Below, piece by piece: positions 1-9,700 of a DNA stretch of 64,000 nt. The stretch spans positions 1 to 64,000 of the IMG/VR virus record IMGVR_UViG_3300023174_000122. The stretch is one strand, 5' to 3'. Source of the DNA: a virus. Under the pieces are notes generated by a model that searched no databases, had not been told where the DNA came from, and worked only from the letters and a program-made list of their open reading frames with translations. The position numbers and the translations under genes were made by a program. Positions within the stretch are counted from its first letter, which is position 1, and the number at the start of each line of letters is the position of its first letter.

Positions 1-1182
1 AATTGTTGCGCTGGAGATAGTTCAACTGATCCAGTAAATCCAGTTTTTATAAGAAGCACAACTTGTTGGGCGAAAAACATTGATACCTCTCCTATTTCAG
101 TTTGGAATAATGGAGGAGGATATGCAGAGCCCTTAAATGCTGGTGGATTTGGTGGAGTAGGAACTTTAATTAGTCCAAGACATATTTTATTAGCTAGTCA
201 CTTTTATATAAAAAATGGTAAAAAATTAATTTTCGTTGCTATGGATAATACTTGTTACATAAGAACCCTATCGAATTCTTTGCGAGTAGGTAGTTCGGAT
301 ATTCGAATTGGATTATTAGATTCTGATTTACCAGCAAATGTAAGTTTTTGTAAAATAGCAAGTAAAGCTTTATGTAATCAACCCACGCTTGATAATAAAT
401 TTCCAACGTTATCTACTAATGTTTCTAAAAAAGCTATTGTTGAAGAAGGCTATATTCAATATAATAATTTGTTAGTTTTTGGAGTATCCTCTAATTCTCA
501 AAGAGCAAATTTTTTTGAAACATCTGGAGGTGGAAATTCTGCAAATCCAATATGTTTTGTTTATGAAAATAAACTTATAATAATAGGATATAGATATTAT
601 ACTGACGGTGGACCATCTTTTATTGCTCCTTACATAAATCAAATAAATACAGTAATGAATACTCTTGGAGGTGGATATCAACTTAGTGTTTTTGATTTAA
701 ATCCGAATTCGATACAAAATAAATGTTTAATTAAAAAAAATAGCATTGGCGGCGGTAAATTAAAAACTACTTCTTTATCAGATTCTTATCCCCATCTTGT
801 TAGATCGCAAACCATGGGATTTGATATTTTTGGAATAACAACAGCAAATACAGACGCTTCAACAGCTAGCGATATTAATTCTGGAGAAGCATGCAAAAGA
901 ACATTTTTAATAACAAGAATATCTAATGACTTTCCAACTTTAGGGTCTATAGATGACTATATAAATACATATTATGCAAGATCATATGATCCATTCGAAT
1001 CTACTTTAAAATATAATAATGGACTATGGACTTTACAATTAAAAACTACTCAACTTTTTAGCTCTACTATTTATTCATTTACAGCAGTTGGCACAAGATT
1101 TAAAATTCCTACAAATTATACTCAGGGAGTTTATATCGCAGCAAATCCAACTGCTCATATAGAGTGTAATCCATATGGATGA
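1..1182 (+). CDS. 5'-truncated protein with trypsin-like serine protease domain (probably virion-associated)
   Basis: Frame 1 is open from base 1. The upstream extension reads GTLISPRHILLASHF (His 199-201), then SDIRIGLL (Asp 298-300) and GGNSANP (Ser 538-540), matching chymotrypsin-fold triad order. Confidence 0.65.
   Translation, partial: NCCAGDSSTDPVNPVFIRSTTCWAKNIDTSPISVWNNGGGYAEPLNAGGFGGVGTLISPRHILLASHFYIKNGKKLIFVAMDNTCYIRTLSNSLRVGSSDIRIGLLDSDLPANVSFCKIASKALCNQPTLDNKFPTLSTNVSKKAIVEEGYIQYNNLLVFGVSSNSQRANFFETSGGGNSANPICFVYENKLIIIGYRYYTDGGPSFIAPYINQINTVMNTLGGGYQLSVFDLNPNSIQNKCLIKKNSIGGGKLKTTSLSDSYPHLVRSQTMGFDIFGITTANTDASTASDINSGEACKRTFLITRISNDFPTLGSIDDYINTYYARSYDPFESTLKYNNGLWTLQLKTTQLFSSTIYSFTAVGTRFKIPTNYTQGVYIAANPTAHIECNPYG
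1163..1170 (+). promoter_or_regulatory. putative late promoter motif AGTGTAAT
   Basis: Recurrent GTGTAAW motif, 8 nt upstream of ATG 1179. Confidence 0.5.
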
Positions 1183-1328
1183 AAAAACTATTATTAATAT
1201 TGCCACTATTTTTATTAATATCTTGTTCTGAGCCAAATTTAGATAGTAGAGAATTACCAACTAAATATCCAGAAACTCCGACTATGGGTTCTGCTGATGA
1301 TGTTAGTAAAGAATTATATAAGAAATAA
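1179..1328 (+). CDS. small lipoprotein, 49 aa (not in ORF track)
   Basis: MKKLLLILPLFLLIS-CSEPNLDSRELPTKYPETPTMGSADDVSKELYKK*: basic N-terminus, hydrophobic core, lipobox Cys16. ATGA overlap with upstream stop. Confidence 0.75.
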   Translation: MKKLLLILPLFLLISCSEPNLDSRELPTKYPETPTMGSADDVSKELYKK

Positions 1329-1334
1329 TAATAT

Positions 1335-1342
1335 AGTGTAAT
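1335..1342 (+). promoter_or_regulatory. putative late promoter motif AGTGTAAT
   Basis: Intergenic, 7 nt upstream of ATG 1350. Confidence 0.6.
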
Positions 1343-1349
1343 TGATATT

Positions 1350-1679
1350 ATGGCAAAATTAACAGCTAACATAAAAGAACAGTCGATAACTTTAACAAGC
1401 ACAAAGTCTAGCGCAATTAATTTATATGTTAGAACAAGCAGCGCGATAGTAAAAGTTTTATCTTTTGACGGTTCAATTACTAGTTACAAAAGCTCAAATC
1501 CTTCTACGTCAATTTCTATTTCATTAAACGTACCAACCTCTGGTGCTTATAGTGGAAGTGCTTCAAAAACAATAAAAGTATATGGAAATACTAGAATTAA
1601 ATATTTTGATTGTTCAAGCAATAACGTAACAAGCCTGATAACTACTTCTGCGCCAGAAATAACCACACTAATCACATAA
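1350..1679 (+). CDS. LRR protein, N-terminal part (likely frameshifted from 1681..2160)
   Basis: Ends in LRR units IKYFDCSSNNV / ITTLIT*. Confidence 0.6.
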   Translation: MAKLTANIKEQSITLTSTKSSAINLYVRTSSAIVKVLSFDGSITSYKSSNPSTSISISLNVPTSGAYSGSASKTIKVYGNTRIKYFDCSSNNVTSLITTSAPEITTLIT

Positions 1680-1680
1680 T

Positions 1681-2160
1681 ATGAATAATTTAACAGGCCT
1701 TAATCTTAGCGGTCAAAATTATCTTCAATATTTAGATTGTTCTAATAATTTAATTTCTGGTATTAATCTTAATAATTGCTCTGGTATAACTGGATTATAT
1801 ATGCAAAATAATTTAATTAGTGGAAACTTAGATTTAACAACTTTTTCAAATTTAAAAGCAGTAAATGTTAGTGGCAATAAGTTAAGTGGAATCAATATAA
1901 CTGGTTTAAATAAACTTGAAACTTTTATTGCTAGTAATAATCTTATAACAGGAGTAGTTAATTTTCTTGGAGTAAGTGGTGTTAAAAATGTATTAATACA
2001 GAATAATTTGATAAGTGGTATGGTTAATTTTAATGACATGACAGGAATACTTTCTTTTAATTCAAGCGGTAATATTATTTCTAATTATGGTCCTATAGTT
2101 TTATGGGCAACTGGTCGATATGGTATTTTTGCAGTATCTAGTGGAATGTTCACTTTTTAA
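1681..2160 (+). CDS. leucine-rich repeat protein, C-terminal part
   Basis: Repeated LxxLxxxNNxLxxLxL (LQYLDCSNNLISGINL, LKAVNVSGNKLSGINI, LETFIASNNLITG). Confidence 0.75.
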   Translation: MNNLTGLNLSGQNYLQYLDCSNNLISGINLNNCSGITGLYMQNNLISGNLDLTTFSNLKAVNVSGNKLSGINITGLNKLETFIASNNLITGVVNFLGVSGVKNVLIQNNLISGMVNFNDMTGILSFNSSGNIISNYGPIVLWATGRYGIFAVSSGMFTF

Positions 2161-2203
2161 TTAAAATTAGATTTAATTTACCTATTAGGTGTATATTATA
2201 TAG

Positions 2204-2689
2204 ATGAGCATCAATCAAGATAAGCTTGGTTTTGAGTCTAATATTGCCTCACAACCAAAAGATACAATTAAAAATGACAAAACAGTTGAGTTCTCTAAAA
2301 AAATATTAGCTGCTCTTCAAGACAAAGTAAAATCTCATAATTCACAAAATAATAAAAAAGTAAATATAAATCAAGTTAAAAAAGTATACCGAAATACTCC
2401 ATCAGATAAAAATTTCAATCAATTAGCTCTAGCTAGAGTTAATATGTTTCTAAGAATGGTTAGTGGAATCTCCACTTACATTGGATCGAATATTAATCTT
2501 TCTAAAGCAATTAATAATAAATATATTATTGAAGCTAGCTTTAATCCCTCTATGGAAGACGTAAATAAAGCAGACGAAGATATTAATAATTTTAATTTAA
2601 ATGATTTTGAATTTACTTCAATTGAAGAATTATATTTAGACGATGAAGAAGATAGTGTAATCTACGGCTTAGATACAAATATGATATAA
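2204..2689 (+). CDS. hypothetical head-module protein
   Basis: 161-aa ORF directly before the prohead protease; KKVYR...LALARVNMFL motif; acidic C-terminus. Confidence 0.55.
   Translation: MSINQDKLGFESNIASQPKDTIKNDKTVEFSKKILAALQDKVKSHNSQNNKKVNINQVKKVYRNTPSDKNFNQLALARVNMFLRMVSGISTYIGSNINLSKAINNKYIIEASFNPSMEDVNKADEDINNFNLNDFEFTSIEELYLDDEEDSVIYGLDTNMI
2654..2661 (+). promoter_or_regulatory. putative late promoter motif AGTGTAAT
   Basis: Same motif, 31 nt upstream of ATG 2693. Confidence 0.5.
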
Positions 2690-2692
2690 ATT

Positions 2693-4261
2693 ATGAAAAA
2701 ACAAACAAAATTCTTAAGTACATTTGCTAATATTAAAATTAGACCAGTTGTGAGTGAAGAAAAAGATAAATATCTTTCAATAGCTTCACTAGAAAAATTA
2801 AAAAAATTCTTGCCTGATATTAACACAGAAGATAATATTGATCTTCTTCCAATTGCTTTTGATGCTTGTGTTGTAAATAGAGTTAATAAAAATGGTGATG
2901 TTATAGACGGCGAAACAGCTGCTAAAATTACTAAAAATTTCGTTAATAAGCCAATTAACGTAGAACACAATAGAAATCAAGTTATTGGTTGTATATTATC
3001 TGCTAGCTTTAGTAAATTTGGATCTAATGAGAGTTTAAGTTCAGAAGAAGTAAAAAGCATGAAACAACCATTTAATATTACTTTGGGTGGAGTTATTTGG
3101 AAAGTCGTTAATAAAGAAATAGCAGAGCAAATCGAAGAGAGCAATGATCCTACTAGTTCTAATTATATGGCAATTAGTGCCAGTTGGGAACTTGGATTTA
3201 ATGAATATAATATTGTTGTTTTAAATGAAAATGAAAAGAATATCGAGGATGGTCAATTCATCACAGACGAAAAAGAGATACAAAAATTAGAAAATAGCTT
3301 AAGAAGCTTCGGTGGAAGCGGCAAAATATCTAATGATAAATTTATTTATAGACAAGTTTTAGGTAAAGTTGTTCCATTAGGAGTAGGATTAACGTTAAAT
3401 CCTGCTGCTGATGTGCAAGGTATAGCTACAAAAACAGAAGAAAAAGATCTTGGAGTTCAAGAGAACAAATCTTCTGTTGAGCCACTTAATGAAAATAATA
3501 TTTCCCAAGAGGCTGATTTAAATGTAAAATTAGAGAGGATATATATGAAAATAACAAAAATTGAAGATATTACAGACGTTCTACTTAAAGAGGTAACAGC
3601 TAGTTCTGTTATCGATTTTATTTCAGAAGAGATTAAGAAAGTTAGTGATCAATTCGTAGCAGAGAAAGCCGAAAAAGAAAACGCGCTTAAAGTTGCTACT
3701 GAAAAATTTGATTCTACTTTTGCTGAACAAGAAGTTCTTAAAAAGCAACTAGAAGAAGTCAATCAAAAACTATCTCTTATCCAAGCTGAACAAGAAGCTA
3801 AAGCCAAACAAGAAGCATTTGATATTAGAATGGCTTCTTTTGACGAAGACTTTGATCTATCTGATGAAGATCGTCAAGTTTTAGCCACAGATATTAAAGA
3901 TTTAAATGATGAAGCTTTTTCCGCTTATAAAAATAAAATGGCAATTCTCATGAAAGAGAAGAACAAAGCTGCCAAAAAAGCAAAAATGGATAAAGAAGAT
4001 ATCAAAGATAAAGGTATCGACGAATCTAAAGAAGACAAAAATGGCAAAATCATAAAAGCTTCAACAATTTCCGAAGAAGTAAAAGCTTCCGAAGAAGTAA
4101 CACAAGTTCCTACAACCCAAGAAGTTGTAGAACAAGCTGTTGACAATGGAACCAAAGCTTCCGTTGAAATACCAAATTCCAGTCCTGCTACAGAGCAAAG
4201 CGTACAAGAAAAGTATGCTAAAGCCTTTAGTTTGGAAGGATTTGACATCAAAAACAAATAA
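2693..4261 (+). CDS. prohead maturation protease fused to coiled-coil scaffold
   Basis: NKNGD...FVNKPINVEH...SASWELGF protease-like motifs (His/Ser); E/K/A-rich coiled-coil C-half; position upstream of decoration and capsid genes. Confidence 0.75.
   Translation: MKKQTKFLSTFANIKIRPVVSEEKDKYLSIASLEKLKKFLPDINTEDNIDLLPIAFDACVVNRVNKNGDVIDGETAAKITKNFVNKPINVEHNRNQVIGCILSASFSKFGSNESLSSEEVKSMKQPFNITLGGVIWKVVNKEIAEQIEESNDPTSSNYMAISASWELGFNEYNIVVLNENEKNIEDGQFITDEKEIQKLENSLRSFGGSGKISNDKFIYRQVLGKVVPLGVGLTLNPAADVQGIATKTEEKDLGVQENKSSVEPLNENNISQEADLNVKLERIYMKITKIEDITDVLLKEVTASSVIDFISEEIKKVSDQFVAEKAEKENALKVATEKFDSTFAEQEVLKKQLEEVNQKLSLIQAEQEAKAKQEAFDIRMASFDEDFDLSDEDRQVLATDIKDLNDEAFSAYKNKMAILMKEKNKAAKKAKMDKEDIKDKGIDESKEDKNGKIIKASTISEEVKASEEVTQVPTTQEVVEQAVDNGTKASVEIPNSSPATEQSVQEKYAKAFSLEGFDIKNK
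3545..4261 (+). CDS. probable nested in-frame scaffolding protein
   Basis: In-frame ATG 3545 preceded by GAGAGGA (3533-3539) and an AATGTAAA promoter-like motif (3521-3528), exactly at the protease/coiled-coil boundary. Confidence 0.55.
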   Translation: MKITKIEDITDVLLKEVTASSVIDFISEEIKKVSDQFVAEKAEKENALKVATEKFDSTFAEQEVLKKQLEEVNQKLSLIQAEQEAKAKQEAFDIRMASFDEDFDLSDEDRQVLATDIKDLNDEAFSAYKNKMAILMKEKNKAAKKAKMDKEDIKDKGIDESKEDKNGKIIKASTISEEVKASEEVTQVPTTQEVVEQAVDNGTKASVEIPNSSPATEQSVQEKYAKAFSLEGFDIKNK

Positions 4262-4273
4262 GGAGAAAACAAT

Positions 4274-4819
4274 ATGGCTCATAATTTAAGACCATTGACA
4301 CAATATAACGAACATGATGTTATTAACTTCTTCGCATATAGCGGAGATAGTACTCTTGTTCAAAAAGGTGCCGCAGTTAAAATCGCAGGCGCTGGCTTCA
4401 AAGCCGATTCAACTAATCCAGTAGAAATGCTAGGCGGACCTGGTGCTTCTTACTCAAATACTGTATCACAACGTTATGGCGTAGTACCAAAAGTAGCTGC
4501 TGCTGTTTCTGGTGATAAAGTTATCGGATTGACACTTATGGACGTTCGTGAATTAGATGAAAATGGTGAAAAACTAGTTTTCAATCCACGCAAAGCCGCT
4601 GAAATGGGCGTTGTAATAAGTGGTCAAGCAGTTCCAGTTTTAACTCGTGGCGTAGTTCTATTTAGTGGACTAGCTGCTGGTTCAGCTGGTGATAATGTTT
4701 ATCTACATGCTACTGTCGCAGGTGATTTGTCAACCACAAATACTGGCGGTACAAAAGTAGGAAAACTTCTTGGTGATCGTGACGCTAATGGCGTTGCTCT
4801 TCTCAAGATTGAACTCTAA
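4274..4819 (+). CDS. capsid decoration/cement protein
   Basis: Strong SD AGGAG; small G/A/V-rich beta protein between scaffold and capsid genes; codon usage like a highly expressed gene. Confidence 0.6.
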   Translation: MAHNLRPLTQYNEHDVINFFAYSGDSTLVQKGAAVKIAGAGFKADSTNPVEMLGGPGASYSNTVSQRYGVVPKVAAAVSGDKVIGLTLMDVRELDENGEKLVFNPRKAAEMGVVISGQAVPVLTRGVVLFSGLAAGSAGDNVYLHATVAGDLSTTNTGGTKVGKLLGDRDANGVALLKIEL

Positions 4820-4839
4820 TTTTATAAAGGAAAATTAAA

Positions 4840-5904
4840 ATGAAATTAAAATTAAAAAATACCCCAGAACAAGTTGAACTAATCAAAGCTATGGGCAGTA
4901 AAGATGCCAATGTAGCTAGAGAAGCAACTCAAGCGTTCGCAGCATTTATCGGACCAGTAGTTAGCAAAGTGCTAATGCAAGCTGGAACTGCTAGTTCAGT
5001 TTATACCGATCTTGCTTTTGACGAAGATGATAATCCTTCTATTCCTCTAGACCTTTGGGTTGGAGAAGGCGAAGGTTATACAACCGTATGGAGCCAAAAT
5101 GTTGCAGGTGGCCTTCCCACTTCTAACGTAGAAGGCTTTAGCGAATTGAAAGTGTCAACCTATCGTTTAGATAGCGCAGTTTCAATGCTAAAAAGATACG
5201 TTCGTCGTGCTCGTCTTGATGTTGTTAGCAAAGCCGTAGAACGTATGACCAACGAAGTTCTTATTAAACAAGAACGTAATGCTTGGGCAGTAATTCTTAA
5301 AGCTCTTGTCGAAGCTCGTTCAAACGGAGCAGATCATATTGATTCAATATCAGGTGGAGCATTAACTCTAGCTGGATTAAATACCATGATTACTACTGTA
5401 AAAAGAATTAATACCTCTTATGCAGGAGGATCTACAGATAGTTCTTACGGATTAACAGATTTATTTGTTAGCCCAGAGATTAAAGGCGACATCCGTGCAT
5501 TCGCTTATAATCCAATAGGAACAGCTAATAGTACAGATCTTCCAGCTGGTGTTCGTGAAGATATTTATCGTAATGCTGGAACTCAAGAGATCTATGGTAT
5601 CTCCATTCATGAGCTAATCGAATTTGGTGTTGGTAAAAAATACAATACCCTATTTGATGACCTCAGTAACGGAACACCAACATTTGATGGCAGCACAGCT
5701 GAAATCTTGGTTGGTCTTGATTTGTCTAAAGATGCATTTGTTCGTCCAGTTGCTCGCAATAGCGAAACTGGTGGAACATTCACTGCTCTTCCAGATGATC
5801 AATTCACAACTCGCGCTGACAAAGTCGGATTCTATGGATCCCTCGAAGAAGGCCGCGTATGTCTAGATGGTCGTGCAGTTGCAGGACTTATCGTAGCAGC
5901 CTAA
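4840..5904 (+). CDS. major capsid protein (HK97 fold)
   Basis: 354 aa; position after protease/scaffold/decoration; SD AAGGA; followed by a strong terminator. Confidence 0.8.
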   Translation: MKLKLKNTPEQVELIKAMGSKDANVAREATQAFAAFIGPVVSKVLMQAGTASSVYTDLAFDEDDNPSIPLDLWVGEGEGYTTVWSQNVAGGLPTSNVEGFSELKVSTYRLDSAVSMLKRYVRRARLDVVSKAVERMTNEVLIKQERNAWAVILKALVEARSNGADHIDSISGGALTLAGLNTMITTVKRINTSYAGGSTDSSYGLTDLFVSPEIKGDIRAFAYNPIGTANSTDLPAGVREDIYRNAGTQEIYGISIHELIEFGVGKKYNTLFDDLSNGTPTFDGSTAEILVGLDLSKDAFVRPVARNSETGGTFTALPDDQFTTRADKVGFYGSLEEGRVCLDGRAVAGLIVAA

Positions 5905-5925
5905 TATTTAAATATTAGAAAATTG

Positions 5926-5964
5926 AAAAGCCCAAGGGTTTATCCCCTTGGGTTTTTCTTTTTT
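5926..5964 (+). terminator. rho-independent terminator
   Basis: Stem CCCAAGGG (5931-5938) / CCCTTGGG (5945-5952), 6-nt loop, long T tract; preceding A run. Confidence 0.9.
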
Positions 5965-5965
5965 A

Positions 5966-5995
5966 TTAGATATATGATGTTTTATTTGATATAAT
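5966..5995 (+). promoter_or_regulatory. sigma70-like promoter TTAGAT-N18-TATAAT
   Basis: Upstream of 6013; the same architecture recurs at 16905, 42036 and 46645. Confidence 0.5.
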
Positions 5996-6012
5996 CTATT
6001 AAGGACAATATT

Positions 6013-6351
6013 ATGGCAAAAAAATTAAAATTAGACAAATTACATCAAACACACGGAAAAGTAGAGAATCCAGTTACCCTTGATCAAATCTGGGGTGATA
6101 GTGGTAAAAGTAAGTATGGTACTTTAGACCCAGAAAAATATTCTGAGTATCTTACTAATTTAAATAAAAGTGATCTTCAAGCTCATGCAGTTAAAGTTGG
6201 TCTTATGCCAATTGATGATAGAACTTCTTTGTGCTCAAGATTAAAAAGAGAATTTTTAAAATACTCTTCTCAATACACAGTTAAAAAAAATACTCAAACA
6301 AACAAACCTCTTTCTAAAGCTGCAAAAGATATTCTTTCAGAAGGTCGCTAA
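6013..6351 (+). CDS. hypothetical basic protein
   Basis: 112-aa ORF with SD AAGGA. Confidence 0.6.
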   Translation: MAKKLKLDKLHQTHGKVENPVTLDQIWGDSGKSKYGTLDPEKYSEYLTNLNKSDLQAHAVKVGLMPIDDRTSLCSRLKREFLKYSSQYTVKKNTQTNKPLSKAAKDILSEGR

Positions 6352-6376
6352 TTTAATATCAATAAAATAATTGTTC

Positions 6377-6384
6377 TGTGTAAT
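6377..6384 (+). promoter_or_regulatory. putative late promoter motif TGTGTAAT
   Basis: 7 nt upstream of ATG 6392. Confidence 0.55.
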
Positions 6385-6391
6385 ATTTTAC

Positions 6392-6739
6392 ATGGCAACA
6401 TCATATAATATCACTGGTTATCAAGGCGACTATATACAATTAACATTAAATTTAAAAGACAGTAACGGAGCAGCACTTAATTTAAATGGTTATCAGGTAA
6501 GAGGTCAAGTTCGATCTAGTTACGGCTCTACAGGAGTTTTATTAGATTTAAATCCAATCATATCTGGAAATGGTTCGAATGGTATAGTTTCAATTAATAT
6601 TAATTCATATATTTCTGCAGATATTCCAATATCTGATCATGTTTATGATATTGAAAGATATCCATCTGGAATATTAACTGGAAATAGTATCAAACTAATG
6701 CGAGGAAAGTTTACAATTTTACCAGAAGTAACGAGATAA
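6392..6739 (+). CDS. BppU-N-like fibre attachment/adaptor protein (start revised to ATG 6392)
   Basis: QGD...LKDSNGAALNLNGY...YDIE...GKFTILPEVTR pattern typical of small phage fibre-anchoring beta-sandwich proteins. Confidence 0.55.
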   Translation: MATSYNITGYQGDYIQLTLNLKDSNGAALNLNGYQVRGQVRSSYGSTGVLLDLNPIISGNGSNGIVSININSYISADIPISDHVYDIERYPSGILTGNSIKLMRGKFTILPEVTR

Positions 6740-6743
6740 TTTT

Positions 6744-9700
6744 ATGGCAGATTTTAATGTAGATGTTAATTTGCCAAGTGCAATAAATGTTGATATAACA
6801 TCACCAACACAAGCTTTAGCTACTAATATTTCAATTCCTGGGTCTCAAGGGCCAAGAGGAGAAAAAGGCAATCCTACATCAATAAATAGTTTAACTGCAG
6901 AAAATATTGTCATCACTGGTGTTAATGGTAATACGGTTTATGCTACTGGATTTAATACAATTTTTATTTCTGGTAATAGTGGATATTTTCAATCAGCAAT
7001 AAATAATTTAACAACTAATTTAAATTCAACTGGATCTTCTCTTCAAAGTAACATAAATACACTTTCATCTAATTTAAATTCTACTGGTTCAAATTTAGAA
7101 AATAAAATAACTTCCTTAAGTGGTGATGCAGTTCTTGAATACGGAAATCAAACTATTCAAGGTCAAAAAACTTTTACAGAAGATTTAATTGTACAAAAGA
7201 GTGGTTTCTTTTGGAGTGGTATTAAGATTGGTTTAAATTCAATTATAATAAATGAAGAAAGCATAAAAATCTCTGGAGATCCAGTAGTCGTACAATCTAC
7301 ATTTACGGGCTATACAGGAGATGTTTCAAATACATATGCTACTATCAATAGTCTTGTAAGTACTGGTAGTACGTTAGAAACTAAAATTGGATCATTAAGT
7401 GGGACATTAACTTCTAATTACGCAACGATTACTAATCTCGCATCTACTGGTGCCACTTTAACTTCTAGTATAAATTCTCTTAATTCTGCTTTTACTGGAT
7501 TTACTGGAAATCTTGATACAACATATGCAACCGATAGTCAATTAGCTACTACTGGAACAACTCTTGTTAATAGCATTAGTTCTCTTAGCGGAACTTTGAC
7601 TTCTAATTATGCAACTATTAGTAATCTCGCTAGCACTGGTTTAAAATTAGTTAATACCATAAGTTCATTGAGTGGTACTTTAACTTCGACATATGCGACA
7701 GTAACAAATTTAGCATCAACTGGCTCAACATTAGATGCTAAAATCAATAGTTTAAGTGGATATGTTACTGGTGCAGATGCAACATTGATTACGAATCTTG
7801 CTTCTACTGGATCCACTTTAAATTCCAGCATTAATTCCTTGAGTGGACTTTTCACTGGATATACTGGCACTTTAGATGCAACATATGCAACTGATTCACA
7901 ATTACAATCTACAGGAACATCTTTAAATAATTCAATAACTTCATTAAGTGGAACTTTGACTAGTACTTACGCTACAATATCAAATCTTGCTAGTACTGGC
8001 AGCACGTTAGATAACAAGATTGGCTCGTTAAGTGGTACGCTAACATCAACATACGCAACAATTACAAATTTAGCATCAACTGGTTCTACTTTAAATAATA
8101 GTATTAACTCTTTGAGCGGAACTCTTACTAGCACTTATGCAACAATTAATAATCTAGCAAGCACTGGTTCCACACTACAAAGCAACATAAGCTCAACAGG
8201 TAGCTCATTAGACAATAAGATTGGATCATTGAGTGGAACATTAACATCTACTTACGCTACTATCACTAATCTTGCTAGTACAGGCTCTACATTAAATACA
8301 AAAATCAATGAATTTAGCGGATATGTTAATACTCAAGATACTTCTATATCTAACAATTTAATTTCTACTGGTAATACTTTACAAAATAGTATAAATTCAC
8401 TTAGCGGCAGTTCAGTTCTACTTTATGGAGATCAAAGCATTGGCGGAGTTAAAACTTTCAGAGATAATGTTTATATTAATAATCTTTTTGTTACTGGAAC
8501 AGAAACGATTATTAGTACTAATAATTTTAATGTTCAAAGTCCGTATTTGCTTTTAAATCTTACTGGTGGCGCAGTAGATGGTGGAATTTTCTTTGTTACT
8601 GGAAGTGGATTAACTGGAATAAATAATAGTGGTCCTATCATTGGCTTTGATCATAGCAATAAATTTAAATTTGGAGTTAGTACCAGAAATAGCGACCTCT
8701 CAACTTTACCTGATATAGCATCAGTTCAAGATATTACTGCTTATAGCGGTTTTGTTGATGGCAAGTACTCAACCATAATAAATCTTGCTTCAACTGGAAG
8801 TACACTATCTACAAATCTAGCTAGTACAGGTTCAACTCTTCAAACAAATATCAATAATCTTAGTAACACCTATGCTACCATCACAAACCTTGCTTCGACT
8901 GGAAGTACGTTAGTAACCAATCTTGCTAGCACTGGCTCGACTTTAAACACAAAAATAAATAATCTCAGCGGTTACGTTAATTCTACTGGTAGCAATATCG
9001 TTTTCACAACTGGCAATCAAACTATCTCTGGAGATAAAATATTTAAAAATAATATAGTGATCGAACAGACTGGAATTTTTAGTGCAATTGATTTATCAGA
9101 TACAGATAGCATCTTATTAAGTGGCATAGATATTCAAATAGTTAGTGGGAGCATGACTTTAACAAATCCGCCAACTATTTCTGGAAATCCATTTATCACT
9201 GGCAATCTAGCTCTTTATGCGACAACAATAAATCTTGCTTCTACTGGAAATACTCTTAACAGTAATATAAATTCACTTAGCGGCACATTAACTTCTAATT
9301 ATGCTACTATTACCAACCTTGCTTCTACTGGAAGCACATTGGTTACAAATCTTGCGAGTACTGGCTCTACTTTAAATTCTAATATAAATTCACTTAGTGG
9401 AACTTTGACTAGTACTTACGCTACAATATCAAATCTTGCAAGCACTGGCAGCACTTTAGCAACTAATCTTGCTAACACTGGCTCGACTTTAAATTCTAGT
9501 ATTAACTCTTTGAGCGGAACTTTAACATCTACTTATGCGACAATTAATAATCTAGGTTCAACTGGTAATACGTTGGTAACCAATCTTGCGAGTACTGGTT
9601 CTACTTTAAATACCAGAATAAATAATCTTAGTGGTTATATAAATTCTACATCTAGCAACATCGTTTTTACAACTGGAAATCAAACTATTTCTGGAGTCAA

